64,000 nucleotides of DNA, from NCBI GenBank assembly GCA_033442325.1, contig JAWQFM010000004.1, forward strand, positions 428,979 to 492,978, given 5' to 3'. The DNA comes from Salpingoeca rosetta (Eukaryota; Protista; Choanoflagellata). Position numbers and translations under genes: made by a program. Under the pieces are notes generated by a model. The model searched no databases. It saw only the letters and a program-made list of their open reading frames with translations, and was not told where the DNA came from. Below are positions 39,358 to 53,488 of the stretch, piece after piece. Within the stretch, counting starts at the first letter, position 1, and every line of letters begins with the position of its first letter.

Positions 39358-41897
39358 ATGGAGGAGCTGGTGCTGGGGTGCGCGGAAGCCGTTCAGGTAC
39401 TGGAGGCAGGCGAGGTGGTGGCAGATGAGGTGCTGTGCGGGCTGGCTCATGCAGCACAACAGCTTGTGCTCGAGCGGTGCGGCGCACTGCACTCCGACCT
39501 GCAAACCGTGCTGGCACTGTGCACAGAGTTGACGGACACGCAGGCCGAGGTGAGGGATTGTGCAGCAGCTGTCACCAACAACAACAGCACCAGTACAGAT
39601 GCTGATGCGCGTCAACACATGCAGTTGGCGCTCTTCCTTCTTCAGACGGCCACAACAGGGCTGAACGCGGTGCTTGGTGACGAAGCCACAGCAGCAACAG
39701 CATCGGCAGCAGCAGGAGTTATCAACAATGAGATTCAAGGAAGGCTGTCGAACGCAGAAGAGCGCACCCACCCCAACAGTCGACACGAGCAGTACATGCT
39801 CTCATCATCAACCACCACGCCTAACGACAGTGGTGTTTGGGAGAACAGTAGACCTACAACCTCCCAACCTGAGCAACTGCGACAGCACCAGCAGTACCAC
39901 AACACCAAAGAGCACTCGCACCAGCACCAGGGCCCGCGGCCCAGCGTTGCGGAATCGTTACTTGCAGACGTGAGAGAGGCGCTGTGGGTTGCAGATCTCC
40001 CCAAAGAGATCAACCGAGGTGACGTGCGCGGATGCATTGCGTGGCTGGTCGAGCACGCACGCGGGTCACGTTGGGAGACGACGGACAGCTCCGGCAACAC
40101 GAGCGAAGAGGAAGAATCGCAGGAAGATGATGGTGATGTGGTAGCGAGAGGCGAACGCGATCAGACAGAGAAAGCCACAGACGACGACGGCATTACGGCG
40201 AGGAACGACAAACAACAACGACAACATCAACAACAACATCAATGCGGGAGCGAGGTGGAGGGTGAGAAGTTCGCAGATCACATGCAGTGCGACCACAGAT
40301 TGAAGGAGGAGGGGAAAAGAGGGTGCGTGCTTGTGGATATTGACGTTCACATTGAGAAAGAGGGTGTTACCACTGATCGGGCTTCGACAACAGCACAACC
40401 CAAACAACAGCAACACCAGAGGCGGCAGCGCCGCCACCGCCGTCGGCCCCGTCAGCAATCGCCCATGACCACTGCAGCCACACTCGGCGCCAACAACAGT
40501 GGCAGCGACAAGAACGGGGCGATATCCCAGCTGCAGATGCAATGGGAGAAGGAACGCGAGCAGATGCTGGAGACAATCAAGCAGCTTCAACAACAAGTGC
40601 AACAAGGCGCCCAACACAAAATGGCAGACACCACCACAGCCGCCACAGCCGCCACAGCCGCCGCGACTACGGCTGATACAGCCGTACAGCCGCCGTGCAG
40701 TCTTGATGACGGTGTATTGGACGCTCTACGCCCACACGAGGACCACATGCGTGCGTTCTTGCAGGACGCAGTTGGCGAGCAACACACGCTGGACAGCGTG
40801 CTGGCGGAAGTGTTTCGGTCACAGGCCTTTCTAGTCGAGTGCCACAGCAACACACTGCCACCTTCCTTTCTGGGCTTCATGCAAGCGCAGCTGGACATTG
40901 GACAGCGTGCCGTGCGCCGACGGCACAGCAGCGGCGTCAATTGCCTCGGGCGCATCACCGCCTTCCTCGCCTTGTATCAGCACCTCTGCGCAACAACGCT
41001 CGAGGCCCTACACAATACACGTATTGTGGACCTCCAAGAGATTGAAACGTGCGTGGCAGGATGGCAGAGCTGTAATCCGGCTTTGTGTGTGTGTGGGGGG
41101 GGGGGGAGTGCGTGTGGGCTGTTGTTACAAAGGTGTTTGAAGTGTTGATGTACTGTGTTGTTGCTGTGGTTGAAGGTTTTGGTGTGCTGTTTTGATGCTA
41201 GGCTGGTGATAGGGATACATGTGCATGCTCATCATTCACCCCGTCTAATGGCTTGGCCTTGTCACACGCTCACTTGCGAGGTTTGCAGGTTGCAGCGAAC
41301 AGTAGAGTCGCTGCGAACACAGGTTCGCGAAGTCGAACAACAGGCAGTGCTCGCACCAACCAAACCCACGGCCCAGTTCTCGTCAACTGAATTTGATCTG
41401 TTGTTGCTCCACGACACAGACCGAGCACATCAACCACACATGTTAGCACCGTCACCGCCGCCACACAGCCGCCACCACACCGCCCAAAGTGTCTGCCAGG
41501 TAAGATGAAGCTGTAAGAGCAGTGCAGTGGGGCGACAGAAGTGCACGTTGTGTTTTCGCGGCATGGTGTTTTGAAGTGAAATGGCCATGTTGTGCCGAGT
41601 AGGTAGTGCTGGGGGAGGTGACATGTGACAGTACACTTGAGGGTGAGACCTGAAAGATGCGCGCGCATACACAGTCCATGCAAACGCAGCAATGTCTGTT
41701 TCACTATCTTTTTGCGTTGTGTCTTCGCCTCATGCCTGTCATGCCTGTGTGTTGACGCACCACAGGGCGTGCTGGCCGTGATTGGGGCCGTCATGTGCTT
41801 GCTGACGGCGATTCTTGGGGCAGTGGTCATATTCACGCCAGCCGCGGACCCGCAGCGCAGCTGTTACATTCACCAATCCGAATACATCCCACAATGA
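39358..41897 (+). CDS. Tail-anchored coiled-coil protein (KASH-like architecture)
   Basis: Exons 39358-41048, 41289-41499, 41766-41897 join in frame; C-terminal TM GVLAVIGAVMCLLTAILGAVVIF followed by a 20-aa tail. Confidence 0.75.
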
Positions 41898-42288
41898 CAG
41901 GATGACACACACTTGCACACCACACCCAGACAAACACATAATTTGCACTCACACATGTACAACATGCTGGTGCACGCGCGTGGGTGTTTGTGTTGGCTTG
42001 GTTTATTTTGGTTACACTGTTAGCACCGTTCGTTTTCGACACGCAGTTGCATACACACGGATCACGAACACACAGGGTACAACAAGTCACGCACAAGAAG
42101 ACGCTTTCAGTCAACGCACAACATGCGTACACAGAGGGAGACAGAGAGTTATACACACACAGACAGACACACAGACAGACGGACAGACAGACGGACTGAC
42201 AGACACACACACACACACACAGACAGACAGACAGACAGACACACATACACACAGGTAAGCACGTAGTCGGCGCGGTGTGTCGAGGGGT

Positions 42289-43648
42289 TCAAGCTGCTGT
42301 GGAAGTCTTCCAGAGAGCAAACACGGCCGGGTCATAGGTCACGAGTGCATATCTGCCGTCGCTCGATGCGCACACCCCACGGATGACAAACGACAACTTG
42401 TCTGCACGCACATCCCCCAGCGCACAGTAGCGCACAACGTCTTGCGTCTGAATGGGTGCGTGCGTGAGGGAGAGTGAGAGTGAGAGTGAGAGTGAGTGTG
42501 AGTGTGTGTGAGTGCTAGTGGGGCACGCGAGTGTAAAAGCTTGCGTGTGAGCATTCTTTGTTTTCGCATTGCAGACAGGTGTAAGCCACACCATCCCAAC
42601 AGCGACGTATGACGCATCGCACCTGTGCCGGTTCGATGACATCTTGTGCGTTGACGGAAGTCGGGTCCACTGTGTACATGTACAGCGTCTGGGCGTGGCC
42701 GGCAACAACTTGAACGCCTTGTGGATTCGGAATGAGAGGGTGAGGTTTGGTTTGGGGGAGGGGGAGGGGCAGGCAGTATTCGTTTGTAGACATGAGCAAG
42801 AGGGGGCGCGGGGAGTCATGCAGGTAGGTCGACACAGATAGATAGAAAGAGACATACAGACAACAAAATGTCAGACAGACAGGCACACGCACAAAAACAC
42901 AGACACAGACACAGAGACAGATACAGACACAGGCACAGGCACACACACACACACACAGCCACACACACACGCACACGCACACGCACACGCACAGAGGCAC
43001 ATAAAACACACAAGAATCGCACCTGTTGGCGTCGCAAAGGCGTCGAGGCGGAAGTAGTATTCGTTGAACTTTGGCCATTGGAGGTGACACACCGTTTCCA
43101 AGTGGTGGTGCGGACCCGTGAGCCGCAGCAGCGCAATGTCGCTTTTTGTTCCTTTCGCAACTGCAGCAGTGAGTGACAATGGGCAGGGAAGGAGGACGTC
43201 ATGGCGTGTACGTCAGTGAGCGCGTGGTCACGCTTGAGTTGACAGCCTTCGTATCTCTCTCACACAGTTCAACACAGACAGACAGACACAGACACGACAC
43301 AGATACACTCACACACACACACACAAATACACAAACAAACACCCACACACACACTCACACAGACATAGAGACAACCGCACTCCCTCCTCATCGCACCAAA
43401 GAGGTTGGTGCCGGGGATGTGGACAATGGAGTCGACGACGACGGATTTGCTTGGGAAAATGTCTGTTCGCGCCTTCAACGGCTTGAGCGCGCTCTGCAGA
43501 AGTGCAGATTGGGAGAAGGCGGGGGGGGGGAGGGGTTTGGTGAGCATGGTGAGAGAGGACAGGAAGGGCAAGGAAGCAGCTAAGCGACATCAGGTGGGGG
43601 CGAAAAGAAGCAGGAGGACAGCCAGACAGACTGGGTCACAGCAAGAAA

Positions 43649-43730
<82 letters not shown>

Positions 43731-44616
43731 CGGTCGGGAAGAACGCTTATTCGTCGCATACCAACGCCAATACGGGATTGATTTGAGAGCTCACGTGACT
43801 GACGCGTGGTGCCGACCAACCGGAGCCGGACTGTTTTTTCCTATATAATGGATATATAAGCGTTTTTCCAACGCTATCCGGGAGAGTAGCGGGATCCGCT
43901 CGGCCCGAGGCTCCGAACCTTGGAGAACAGCTCAGAGTGGCTAACAGAGGCGTCTCTCTAAAAAGGCTGGCAGTCAGTGTTTGCCCCGATTTCCTGAGCC
44001 ACGCCCCGAGACGAAGACGACCAGCACGCTTGAATGCGGGATATTGTTAAAGATCGGCGGGGTCGATGGGCATGATCGTCAAACATTTGTTATGCACAAC
44101 TTTTACATCGAGACCAATACTAGTAATTCACTGCGATCGGCTCTACTGTTGATCTATGCCCTAGCACATTCCGTTGCTTTAAAGGAGCACATCTAAACTC
44201 ACCTGTGCTGGCGATATACCTAGAGGCGACTAGCAAAATCTCGCAGGCAAGGCTTTCTGTGCTGCAAGACGCATGGCCGCTTTCCTACAATAATCGTTTG
44301 AGGCGATTGTGCCTATTTCTAAGCTCGCGATGACCGGAAACGCGTACTTCAGAATCGCCAACACTCCCGCGGGAAAATGAATGGCCTGAATGCGTCGTGT
44401 GCCGTACTTGCCCAGTATGCGATAATGGAACACAATCTCCAAGGTTAGACGCATCCGCAAGATCTACTGATCAGCAGTAGAGTGCACCGTAACGTTCATA
44501 TAATACATGCGGATATCCCCCCACAGTAATATTGTATGATATCCCGCATTAAACCTCAAATCAGGAATCAGTCGTAGCTTTGGATATGCACACGCACACA
44601 CACACACAAGCACACA

Positions 44617-44676
<60 letters not shown>

Positions 44677-45310
44677 TACACACAACTCACGTTGCCGTAG
44701 CAGTTGGCGGATCGCTGGTCCACGAAATGTTCCACTGGAGAAGGCGCCCTTTGTCGTCGCCAGCTGCATGCCATGCAATATGAGCCGAGGCGGGGGGGGG
44801 GCGATGTGACATATGGGGCTTAGTGAGGATGAGGCGAGTGGAAGTGTGTGTTCGACAAGCTCAAACATGAACACAGTACCGTTTTCACGTACAAACACAG
44901 ACACACAACACACACACACACACACACAGACACAGACACACACACAGACACACAACACAGACACAGACACAGACACACACAGACACAGACACACACAGAC
45001 ACAGACACACACAGACACACACACGACCGAGCCACGAACCAAAGAGGACGGCTGGGTTTGTTGGGTGGAACATGATGGCGGTGGTGAGGCACTTGTATCT
45101 GCGAAACGCTAGCAAGGGCTCGCCCTTGACGGAGAACACCCAGACGTGGCCCGTGAGCCCTGTCGAAGAAAAAGGCGAGCGGTGAGACAGAAGTGGAGGA
45201 AGCGACAGGAAGAGGCAATGGGGGTGAGCTGAAACTTATTGCAACCACGAAGAGTCACACAAAACACAGACACACACACATGCAGATACAGACGACACAC
45301 ACACAGACAC

Positions 45311-45356
<46 letters not shown>

Positions 45357-46150
45357 GATAAGGTGCGCACCTGCAGCAGCAATGATGGGCATATCTGGCA
45401 CGCCCTGAAGCGGCTTCCAGCCCCAGCTAACACAGTACAAATCCTGAAGTCCAGCGCCAGCATGCATCAGTGAATGAAGCACGGCACCACACAAATCAAG
45501 GCACACCTCTGTGTCAGATGGTGGGGCAGCTCCTCTGTTCAGCAATCGTTCAGCGGGCTAGCCTCTCACGCACCATCATCCTCACCAAGCCGCCACTCCC
45601 ACAACGACGACAACATCAATCAACATTATGTGCATGATGTGACTTAACACAACACGTACAAATACCCGACCACACACCTCATCTGTGTCGAGCGTGTATT
45701 TGAAGAGGGGTCGCATATCCAAGCTGCAGTCACAGACGCACAAGTGCGGTCCACCAACTACCGCCACCAAGTGCTTGGCTTGAAGGGGGTCGAGCATGGT
45801 TCGGGTATGTTGCAGGAGGATGGTGCGATATGTATGTGAGGCAAGCCAAACATCCACGTTGCAACGCAGCGGGGATGGTTGAACTCAATCACCACTGACG
45901 CATCTTCAATAACTCACTTTGATCCGAAGTGCCAAAGGCGCTGCCCCAAACGCGCATGTCTGCGGCTTGCCTGATCTGCTTCGGCACGCTGTCAAACTAC
46001 ATGCGCGCGTGGGTTATTGTGAGCGCAGGCATTGTATGCGTGTGCCATGAGGGCTTGAATTGGTGGCCAACATGCAGCGTTGTGACGCACGGATAACGTG
46101 ATACAGCCAGCGACAGAAGGACACACACACACACACACACACGCACGCAT

Positions 46151-46246
<96 letters not shown>

Positions 46247-46334
46247 ACACACTCACCAAGACAAAGGGTCGTGGGTCGTGCAACCCTGTCACGACCTCGC
46301 TGCTGCCACTGCCACTGCCGCTGCCACTCATCAT
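42289..46334 (-). CDS. WD40 protein similar to the LRWD1/ORCA propeller
   Basis: Exons [30 protein letters not shown]|[60 protein letters not shown] align by eye with LRWD1 (LWACAF, TCGGEAVCVIDC..KY..FFSVAW, ASKG..LQW..YFSL). An EED-like identity is not excluded. Confidence 0.72.
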
Positions 46335-46481
46335 CGTGTTCCGCGTTCAACGACCGATCACGACACCATTAAATGTAGCGAAGAAGGACCCTCTTCTGTT
46401 TGCTTCTTGCTCAGACGACGACAGCCACCACACAACACACACCGTCCTTCCACCCATCATCCACCTGCGTGTTCAACCATC

Positions 46482-47526
46482 ATGGCTGATGACGACGCGG
46501 ACAGGTTGTTGGACGTGGACCACAATGACTTGTTCCGAGCACTGCAGACCAACCTCCACAAAGTGTGGCAGCAAGCACAGGTGTGTATGCGTGTGCAATG
46601 GCGTGCATGTGTGTTTGTGTGTGTGTTATTGTGTGTACGTTTGTGTGTGTGTGTTTGTGTGTGCGTTTGTGTGTGCGTTTGCGTGTATGTGAGTTGATTC
46701 ATGTGTGCGTGTGTTTGCGTGTTTGTTTGTTCCAGCACCGCCTGCATGTCCACTGCACTGTCGAGCGCTCACAACGTTCCATCCATCAACAAACAATGAA
46801 GGAGAACTGCTGGGTCGTGTGCATCCCAAGGCCGTCCATCTCCAACAACATTCGCCTGACAAAGGACATTGTGCGACGGCATGTGTTGCGCCCATCTCCA
46901 GTGTATAAAGGTGCGTTCAAAAGGGATTGGCTGATGCACTGTCCACCCCCACCGCTCCTGTTCCGCGCACGCACGCGTTCACCCACATGCACCATCACGG
47001 GTTTGATTCGCATTCACAGGTCAATACTTGACGCTGGGATCCAAGCCACACAAGTTTGAGATCAAGGGCAATCAGGTACGTCGTTCTCGTCGTTGTGGAA
47101 CGGACTGCGATTCCACCCAGCCACCTCCATCCCTTCGCCTGCAATGAGACATGCACACACACATACACTCACACACATACATACACTCACACACACACAC
47201 ACTCTCACTCACATACTCTCACTGTCTTACGTCTGCATTGCGCTAAACACTCGCACACCCGTGTTGCTGCTTGCGCCTGCAGTTGGTATCACTTGATGGC
47301 GACGCACCCATTCGCATCATCCACGAAGAGGCGTTCTACAACGAGAACTTTGAGCCGTTCAAAGTGTACTGCATCGACAACGCCATTGGCAACGTTACCT
47401 ACACAAAGGCAAACGAGGTGCATGCACACGTTTATTTGTTGCGTGCGTGTGTGTGTGTGTGTGCTTATGCGTGTGCTTATGCGTGTGTGTGTGTGTTTGA
47501 GGGATGCCTGTCTGTCTCCTTCATAC

Positions 47527-47615
<89 letters not shown>

Positions 47616-48651
47616 CACGCACACACACTGGCACTCCCTCACGCCCTCTTACCACAAACAATTCACCGAACCAATGCATTGCAACCACGCCCACAACACA
47701 GGGCAGTGATCTGCTCCAGCTGAAGCGGCTGCCGAGCGGGCGTGCGTATGTGGAATGGCTCGACGCCAACGTGGATGCGGAGAAGATGCTCCAGTGCCGC
47801 CGTCTCGTCCGCGCATTCAACATGGAATACCTCACCGCAAAGTGCGCGCCGCGTGTGCATGTGTGCATGTTCATGTGTGTGTGCATGTGTGCATGTTTAT
47901 GTGTGTGTGTATGTGTGCATGTGTGTGTATGTGTGCATGTGTGTGTATGTGAGTATGTGTGTGTATGTGTATATGTGTGTGTATGTGTGTGTGTATGTGT
48001 GTAGTGTGTGTGTGTGTGTGTGTGTGTGATTCGCACTTGCATTTCATTGCGTATCATCAACACCCCGGTTCCCTTCCCATGTGCCCCCCTCATCCCGCCC
48101 ATCATCACTCATCACCGCCGCGCCACCACAGGGGGTATGTGCACTATGTGCGGGAGAAAGTGTCTTCGCTGTGGACGGATGTGCTGATGAAAGTGCAGGG
48201 CAGCAGGCGTGGGCGCGGCTCCACACACACATCCACAGACGTCACGCAGTTCTGGGAGTACGTAGCCTGTATGCGTTCAATGGCGCAGCGTGGCGTGTGT
48301 GTGTGTGTGGTGTGTGGTGTGTGTATGCACGGTGTGGTGTGTGTGCATGGTGTGTGTGGTGTGTGTGTGTGTGTGTGTTTGTGTTTGGGTGCCGCGCTGT
48401 GGTCTTTATTTGTATTCGCATGATGTTGAAGTACTTTGGTGCATCATTTCCTCCTTCTCACCGCACGTTTCATGCAACCACTGCTGTGCGGTACAGGGAG
48501 GCTGCAGAGTGCTTTGTGCTCGTCGAATCACACAGGTGTGGAAATGACACACGCGTGAGATCAAGTGTGGGAGGTGGACAAGCAGACACAAGACACACAC
48601 ACACACACACATACACCCACATTCACAGACACACCCACACCCATATCCACA

Positions 48652-48732
<81 letters not shown>

Positions 48733-49780
48733 CCACACACAGACACACACAATTACGCAAATGCAGACATTGTTGTAATCCCCCCACCCCACCAACCTCC
48801 ACATCACCAACCTTCTCCGCCATCATCACATTTGCTGCAGGAAACTGCACGGCGTGTATGTGCGCGAGTGGGAAACGCACGCTGCTGTGCTTCGGTCGGC
48901 GTTTCATCGCTACCAGACCGACCCCGCCCCCCTCGATGTGTCACGCGCGTTTGAACCACTCGATCTGACGCAAGCCGTCGCCGCGCTCGCCACCCTCCCC
49001 GGCCGCCACTGCCGCCTGGACAAAGACGCGGCGTTGCAGGAGGTGCTGGACCTGATTTCCGCCGCAGCGGAATTGCATAATGTCACGACAGGCGCCAAGC
49101 TCGTGCTTGCCAGCGACGACCTCATACCGCTGCTAAGCAAATGCGTTTTGCTCTCGCGAAAGGACAGCCTGTTTGCCGAGCTTGCGTACATGAAGGAGAT
49201 GCGACTGTCCGACACCAACGACACCTCGCAGGCCCATTTCAACCTCGTCACGCTCGAGGCAGCGCTCACAAACGCCGTGCAGAGCTTTGGCCTCCAGCTG
49301 CCCGCCATATCCGGCGTTGGCGACACGCCTGTAGCGGCAGAACACACGCGCGGTGGAGGCACTGGTGGTGGTGGTGGTGGTGATGGGAGTGGCGTGCACT
49401 CCGCGCTTAGTGGAGGGCGAGGAAGAAGAGGGGACGGAGGTGTGAGTGGCAGCAATGCGGGTATGTCACAGCAGCAAGATTTGGTGTCAGGGGCGCCTGT
49501 GCAAGGCGGTGATGGGGGTGATGGACGGAGGGGCTCGGGAGGGAACAACGAGCAAAAACAGATACAACGACAGCGTGGTGGTGATGGGAGTGTTCATGGC
49601 AATGGCGATGGTGGTGACACCCAGGCGTCCACAGGCAAGACGACGGCCAAGACCAACACCACTGCTGCACCTGCGGAGGTGGTGGTGCTGCCTGAATTGC
49701 AATCGCGTGTGCGCACGACAGACGGCCAGGCACCGCGCGTAGGCGGTCTCCTCTCCCGCCTCTCGCAGTTCAACTTCTGA
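46482..49780 (+). CDS. VPS9-domain Rab GEF with an ANKRD27/VARP-like N-terminus
   Basis: NDLFRALQ, VVCIP, IIHEEAFYNENFEPFKVYCI (VARP: [20 protein letters not shown]); VPS9 core LASDDLIPLL..LFAELAYMKE..FNLVTLEAAL. Confidence 0.85.
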
Positions 49781-50166
49781 TGCGATGCGCTCTCGTGCTG
49801 TGGTGTTGTAGGTGCCGTGGTTGTTGGTGCCGTGGTTGTTCCGTGGTCTTGTGGGTGTCGTGGCTGTGGTGTTGTGGTCGTTCTAGGTGTAGGCTGTAGT
49901 TGTGGTTGATGAGCGATTTCGTGCGTGGAGCGTCGTGTTGCGGCTTCTTACCATTTAGACATGTGTGTCTGAGTGTGAAGGCGTGTTGCAATGGCGAGGA
50001 GAGTATTGTGTTGTTTGGTTTCATCTTCGATTACGCATCACATTCCGCTTATTTCTGTGCTCGGTGCATCTGTTACATTGCTCGGCGCCCGGCAGTCGTA
50101 CGCATCTTCCATAAATGTGAACCACCACCCCAATGGCATCGTCGCTTGATGTGTATGTGTGTGTGT

Positions 50167-50205
<39 letters not shown>

Positions 50206-50222
50206 TGTGTGTATGTGTGTGT

Positions 50223-50261
<39 letters not shown>

Positions 50262-50798
50262 TGCGCTTCACAACCATGTGTGGGCGCTTACTGTGTTGAG
50301 TAGCACATCCAGTGCCAGCCCTCCCTCGAACTCGCTCGCTCACTCACGCACACCACACGCGTGTGTGCGCGCAAATGTCTGGGTCTGGGTGTGAACTGTT
50401 GTAATGGAACGTGGAGGCACAGACACAACAACAAGACACTACTCAACACAAACGCAAACACAACAGCGAGAGGGCGTAAGGGGGAAATGGAACTGAAGGC
50501 CAAGCATCGCCGTGTGTGCAGCAACACAAACGCGTTAACACTCTTATCTCTCTGCTTCTTGTACACAACCGCACACAACACACACACACACACGGCTACG
50601 TATGAAGCATCTCCACGATGCCACGAGAAAGAGACGCAGCAATGCAGTCTAAACTTGGACTCAAACACACACAGACACAGACACAGACAGACACATCCAG
50701 ACAGGCAATGCCCTTGATGACACCGCGACGATGACAATCACCATCGTGGTCATGTCACACGACCACCATGGTGTTGGTGCTGATGGTGATGAACAAGG

Positions 50799-50865
<67 letters not shown>

Positions 50866-50872
50866 GGGATGA

Positions 50873-51164
50873 TCACCACGCCCAGTCGTCGTCATCGGGC
50901 ATCTCCTTCATCTTCTCCGGCAGTTTCCCGCCAAGACGCGTGATGCGTCGCTTCATCTCCTTGATCAGCGAGTTCTTCTCCTTCAGCTGCGCATGCAGGT
51001 CCTGCGTGGTGCGAGACATTGGGGGGGGGGGGGGAGAATGGGCAATTCGATGGTGATGTCAAGGGTGCGGTGGTGCGGGGGTGGCGATGAGATGACAGAC
51101 CTCGGCAGAGAGCGCAGCAGGTACAATGCATAAGCACAGGCAGACGCAAGGTCGCACGGTCGAG

Positions 51165-51196
<32 letters not shown>

Positions 51197-51216
51197 ACAG
51201 ACACACATACACAGAC

Positions 51217-51251
<35 letters not shown>

Positions 51252-52377
51252 CACACACACACACTTCCGCCGAATTGTTTGCACGTACCGCCAGCACGTC
51301 CTCTTTGCCGGCAAGGATGAGCTCCTTCTCTGCAAGTGTGTTCTCGTGCACTTCCTGCGACGCCTGCACCTGGTCAAGCTTCCGCTGAATCTCTTGAATC
51401 TGCTCCTTGGTGATCTTCAGATCCTCGTTGTCGTCCGCAATCCACTTCTCGTACATCTTTGTCAACCTGTGCAGAGCATCGTGGGCAGGTGGCGGTGAGA
51501 CGGTGGTGGACAGCGCGGTAAAGGAGCACAGAGGCAGGGGCAGCGCCAGGGACAGATAGATACACAGACAAGACACACACACACACACACACAGACACGC
51601 ACACAAACAAAGACACAGACAGACAAGACACAGACACACACACAGACACATAGACACACAGACAGACACAGACACACAAACAAAGACGCACACAGACACA
51701 GACTACAGACACACAGACACGGCAACGCACTCGTCCTCGTCCTTCTCCAGCTGTTCCTTGGCCTTCATCAGGGCATCGTTCTGGCCCTTGAGCTGCTGGT
51801 TGTGTTCGGAGACGTGTTGTTGGTTGAGGCGGGAGCGCTCCACAGCGGACTGCTCGAAGCGGAAGAAGAGGAAGCCAGCGCAGAGCACCGTCACAGCTAT
51901 CACCATGGATGACGACGATGTCCATAACGATGGCGACGACGGTGATGATGATCCACATTCATGCAAGCAAACGGACAGGGAGAAGGCATTGACGTGAGTT
52001 GTTAACAATGTGCTGGTGGAGTAGTTGCATGGGGTTGCCTGTTTGTGCATGTGTGCGTGTGTGCGTGTGCGTGCGCGTGTGCGTGCGTGTGCGTGCGCGT
52101 GTGCGTGCGTCTGTGTTTGTGCATGTGTGCGTGTGTGCGTGTGCGTGCGTGCGTGTGCGTGCGTGTGTGTGTGTGTGTCTGTGTGTCTGCTCTTTGCGGT
52201 CTTGCTCCAACACACACTATGTTCCAACACACGCCATTAAAAGGGGTGGAGCGCGTCGTGCACGCACGCATCGGGCACCCTTCACTCACTCAACTCACCA
52301 ATGATGATGCAGAGCTGCTTTGACAAGATGACGTGGTTGCGCCCAGCGCTTGTGATCAGGGGGCCTTGGGCAGCCAT
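50873..52377 (-). CDS. Small type-II membrane coiled-coil protein
   Basis: MAAQGP..LCIIIG|[14 protein letters not shown] then heptad-rich exons ending [10 protein letters not shown]. Confidence 0.75.
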
Positions 52378-53164
52378 GTTCGGTGTGTTTGTATGCGGTG
52401 CGTGTGTGTGTGTGCGTGTACGTGTGTGGGGCTTGTATGAATGGACGTTTGCTTGTGTGAGAAGCAGCAGCAGCAGCAGCAAAGAGCGCGTATCGCTTGG
52501 CTGTCGTCGTTCGTTGCTCGCTCCACGCAAATGCGCACACAAACACTTTTCTTTTTTGGTTCGGATAATTCCCCAATATCTTCAACAACAACGCGCGTGT
52601 GAGCAGTGTGTGTGTGTGTGTGAGTGAGTTTGTGTGTGCTTGTCCCCAGCCCTCCATCTCTCCATCTCTCTCTCTCTCTCTCGCGCGCGTGTGTTTGCCC
52701 CTCTCTCGCTTTGTCGTTCACTTTAGCTGCTGCGTGACCGCGGCTTGGTGCACTCGCTTTACAGGAACAAACAGAGAAACAATGGAATTACTACATGGTC
52801 CAACAGACACAAAGACACATACACACACACAACAACACGAACAAGAACTATAATGACGACAGTGACGACAGTGACGACGCGACCTTCACGTACGCCGCAC
52901 GTCACATCACATCAATACCAAGAGCCGCAACAGCCACGCCTCAATTCGGAAATTACACACGACATACAGCCTGCTGGTGTGGGTGCGTACAACCAGGCAG
53001 GCGGGAAACGAAGAGCCGAGAGAAAAGAAAATGGAAAGAAAGGGTAAACACCACCACACCACCACTAACAACAGCACAGCTTGGCAAAGTGCAGCTGCAA
53101 CCAGATGTGATGGCGATGGCGATGGCGACGGCGATGACGGGGTTGTTTGTGTGGTCGGGCAGGC

Positions 53165-53457
53165 TTAGTCGAGGGCAGCAGCACCAGAGATAATCTCGAT
53201 AAGCTCGCGGGTGATGACGGCCTGGCGCGTGCGGTTGAACGTCAGCTGCAGCTTCTCAATCATCTCGCCTAAACACACACAGTGGAACAAGCAGTGCGGC
53301 ACGCACGCGAGTGAAGGTGGGTGAGCCAGAGCAGGGAAGGGTAGGGTACAGTGTTCAGCAAGCGACGCCACAACAGCGGGGCACACAGTCAGGCGGACGC
53401 CAACGTTCTTCATCACACACCTGCAGCAACAACAACACAATCTGTGTCCATACAAAT

Positions 53458-53488
<31 letters not shown>

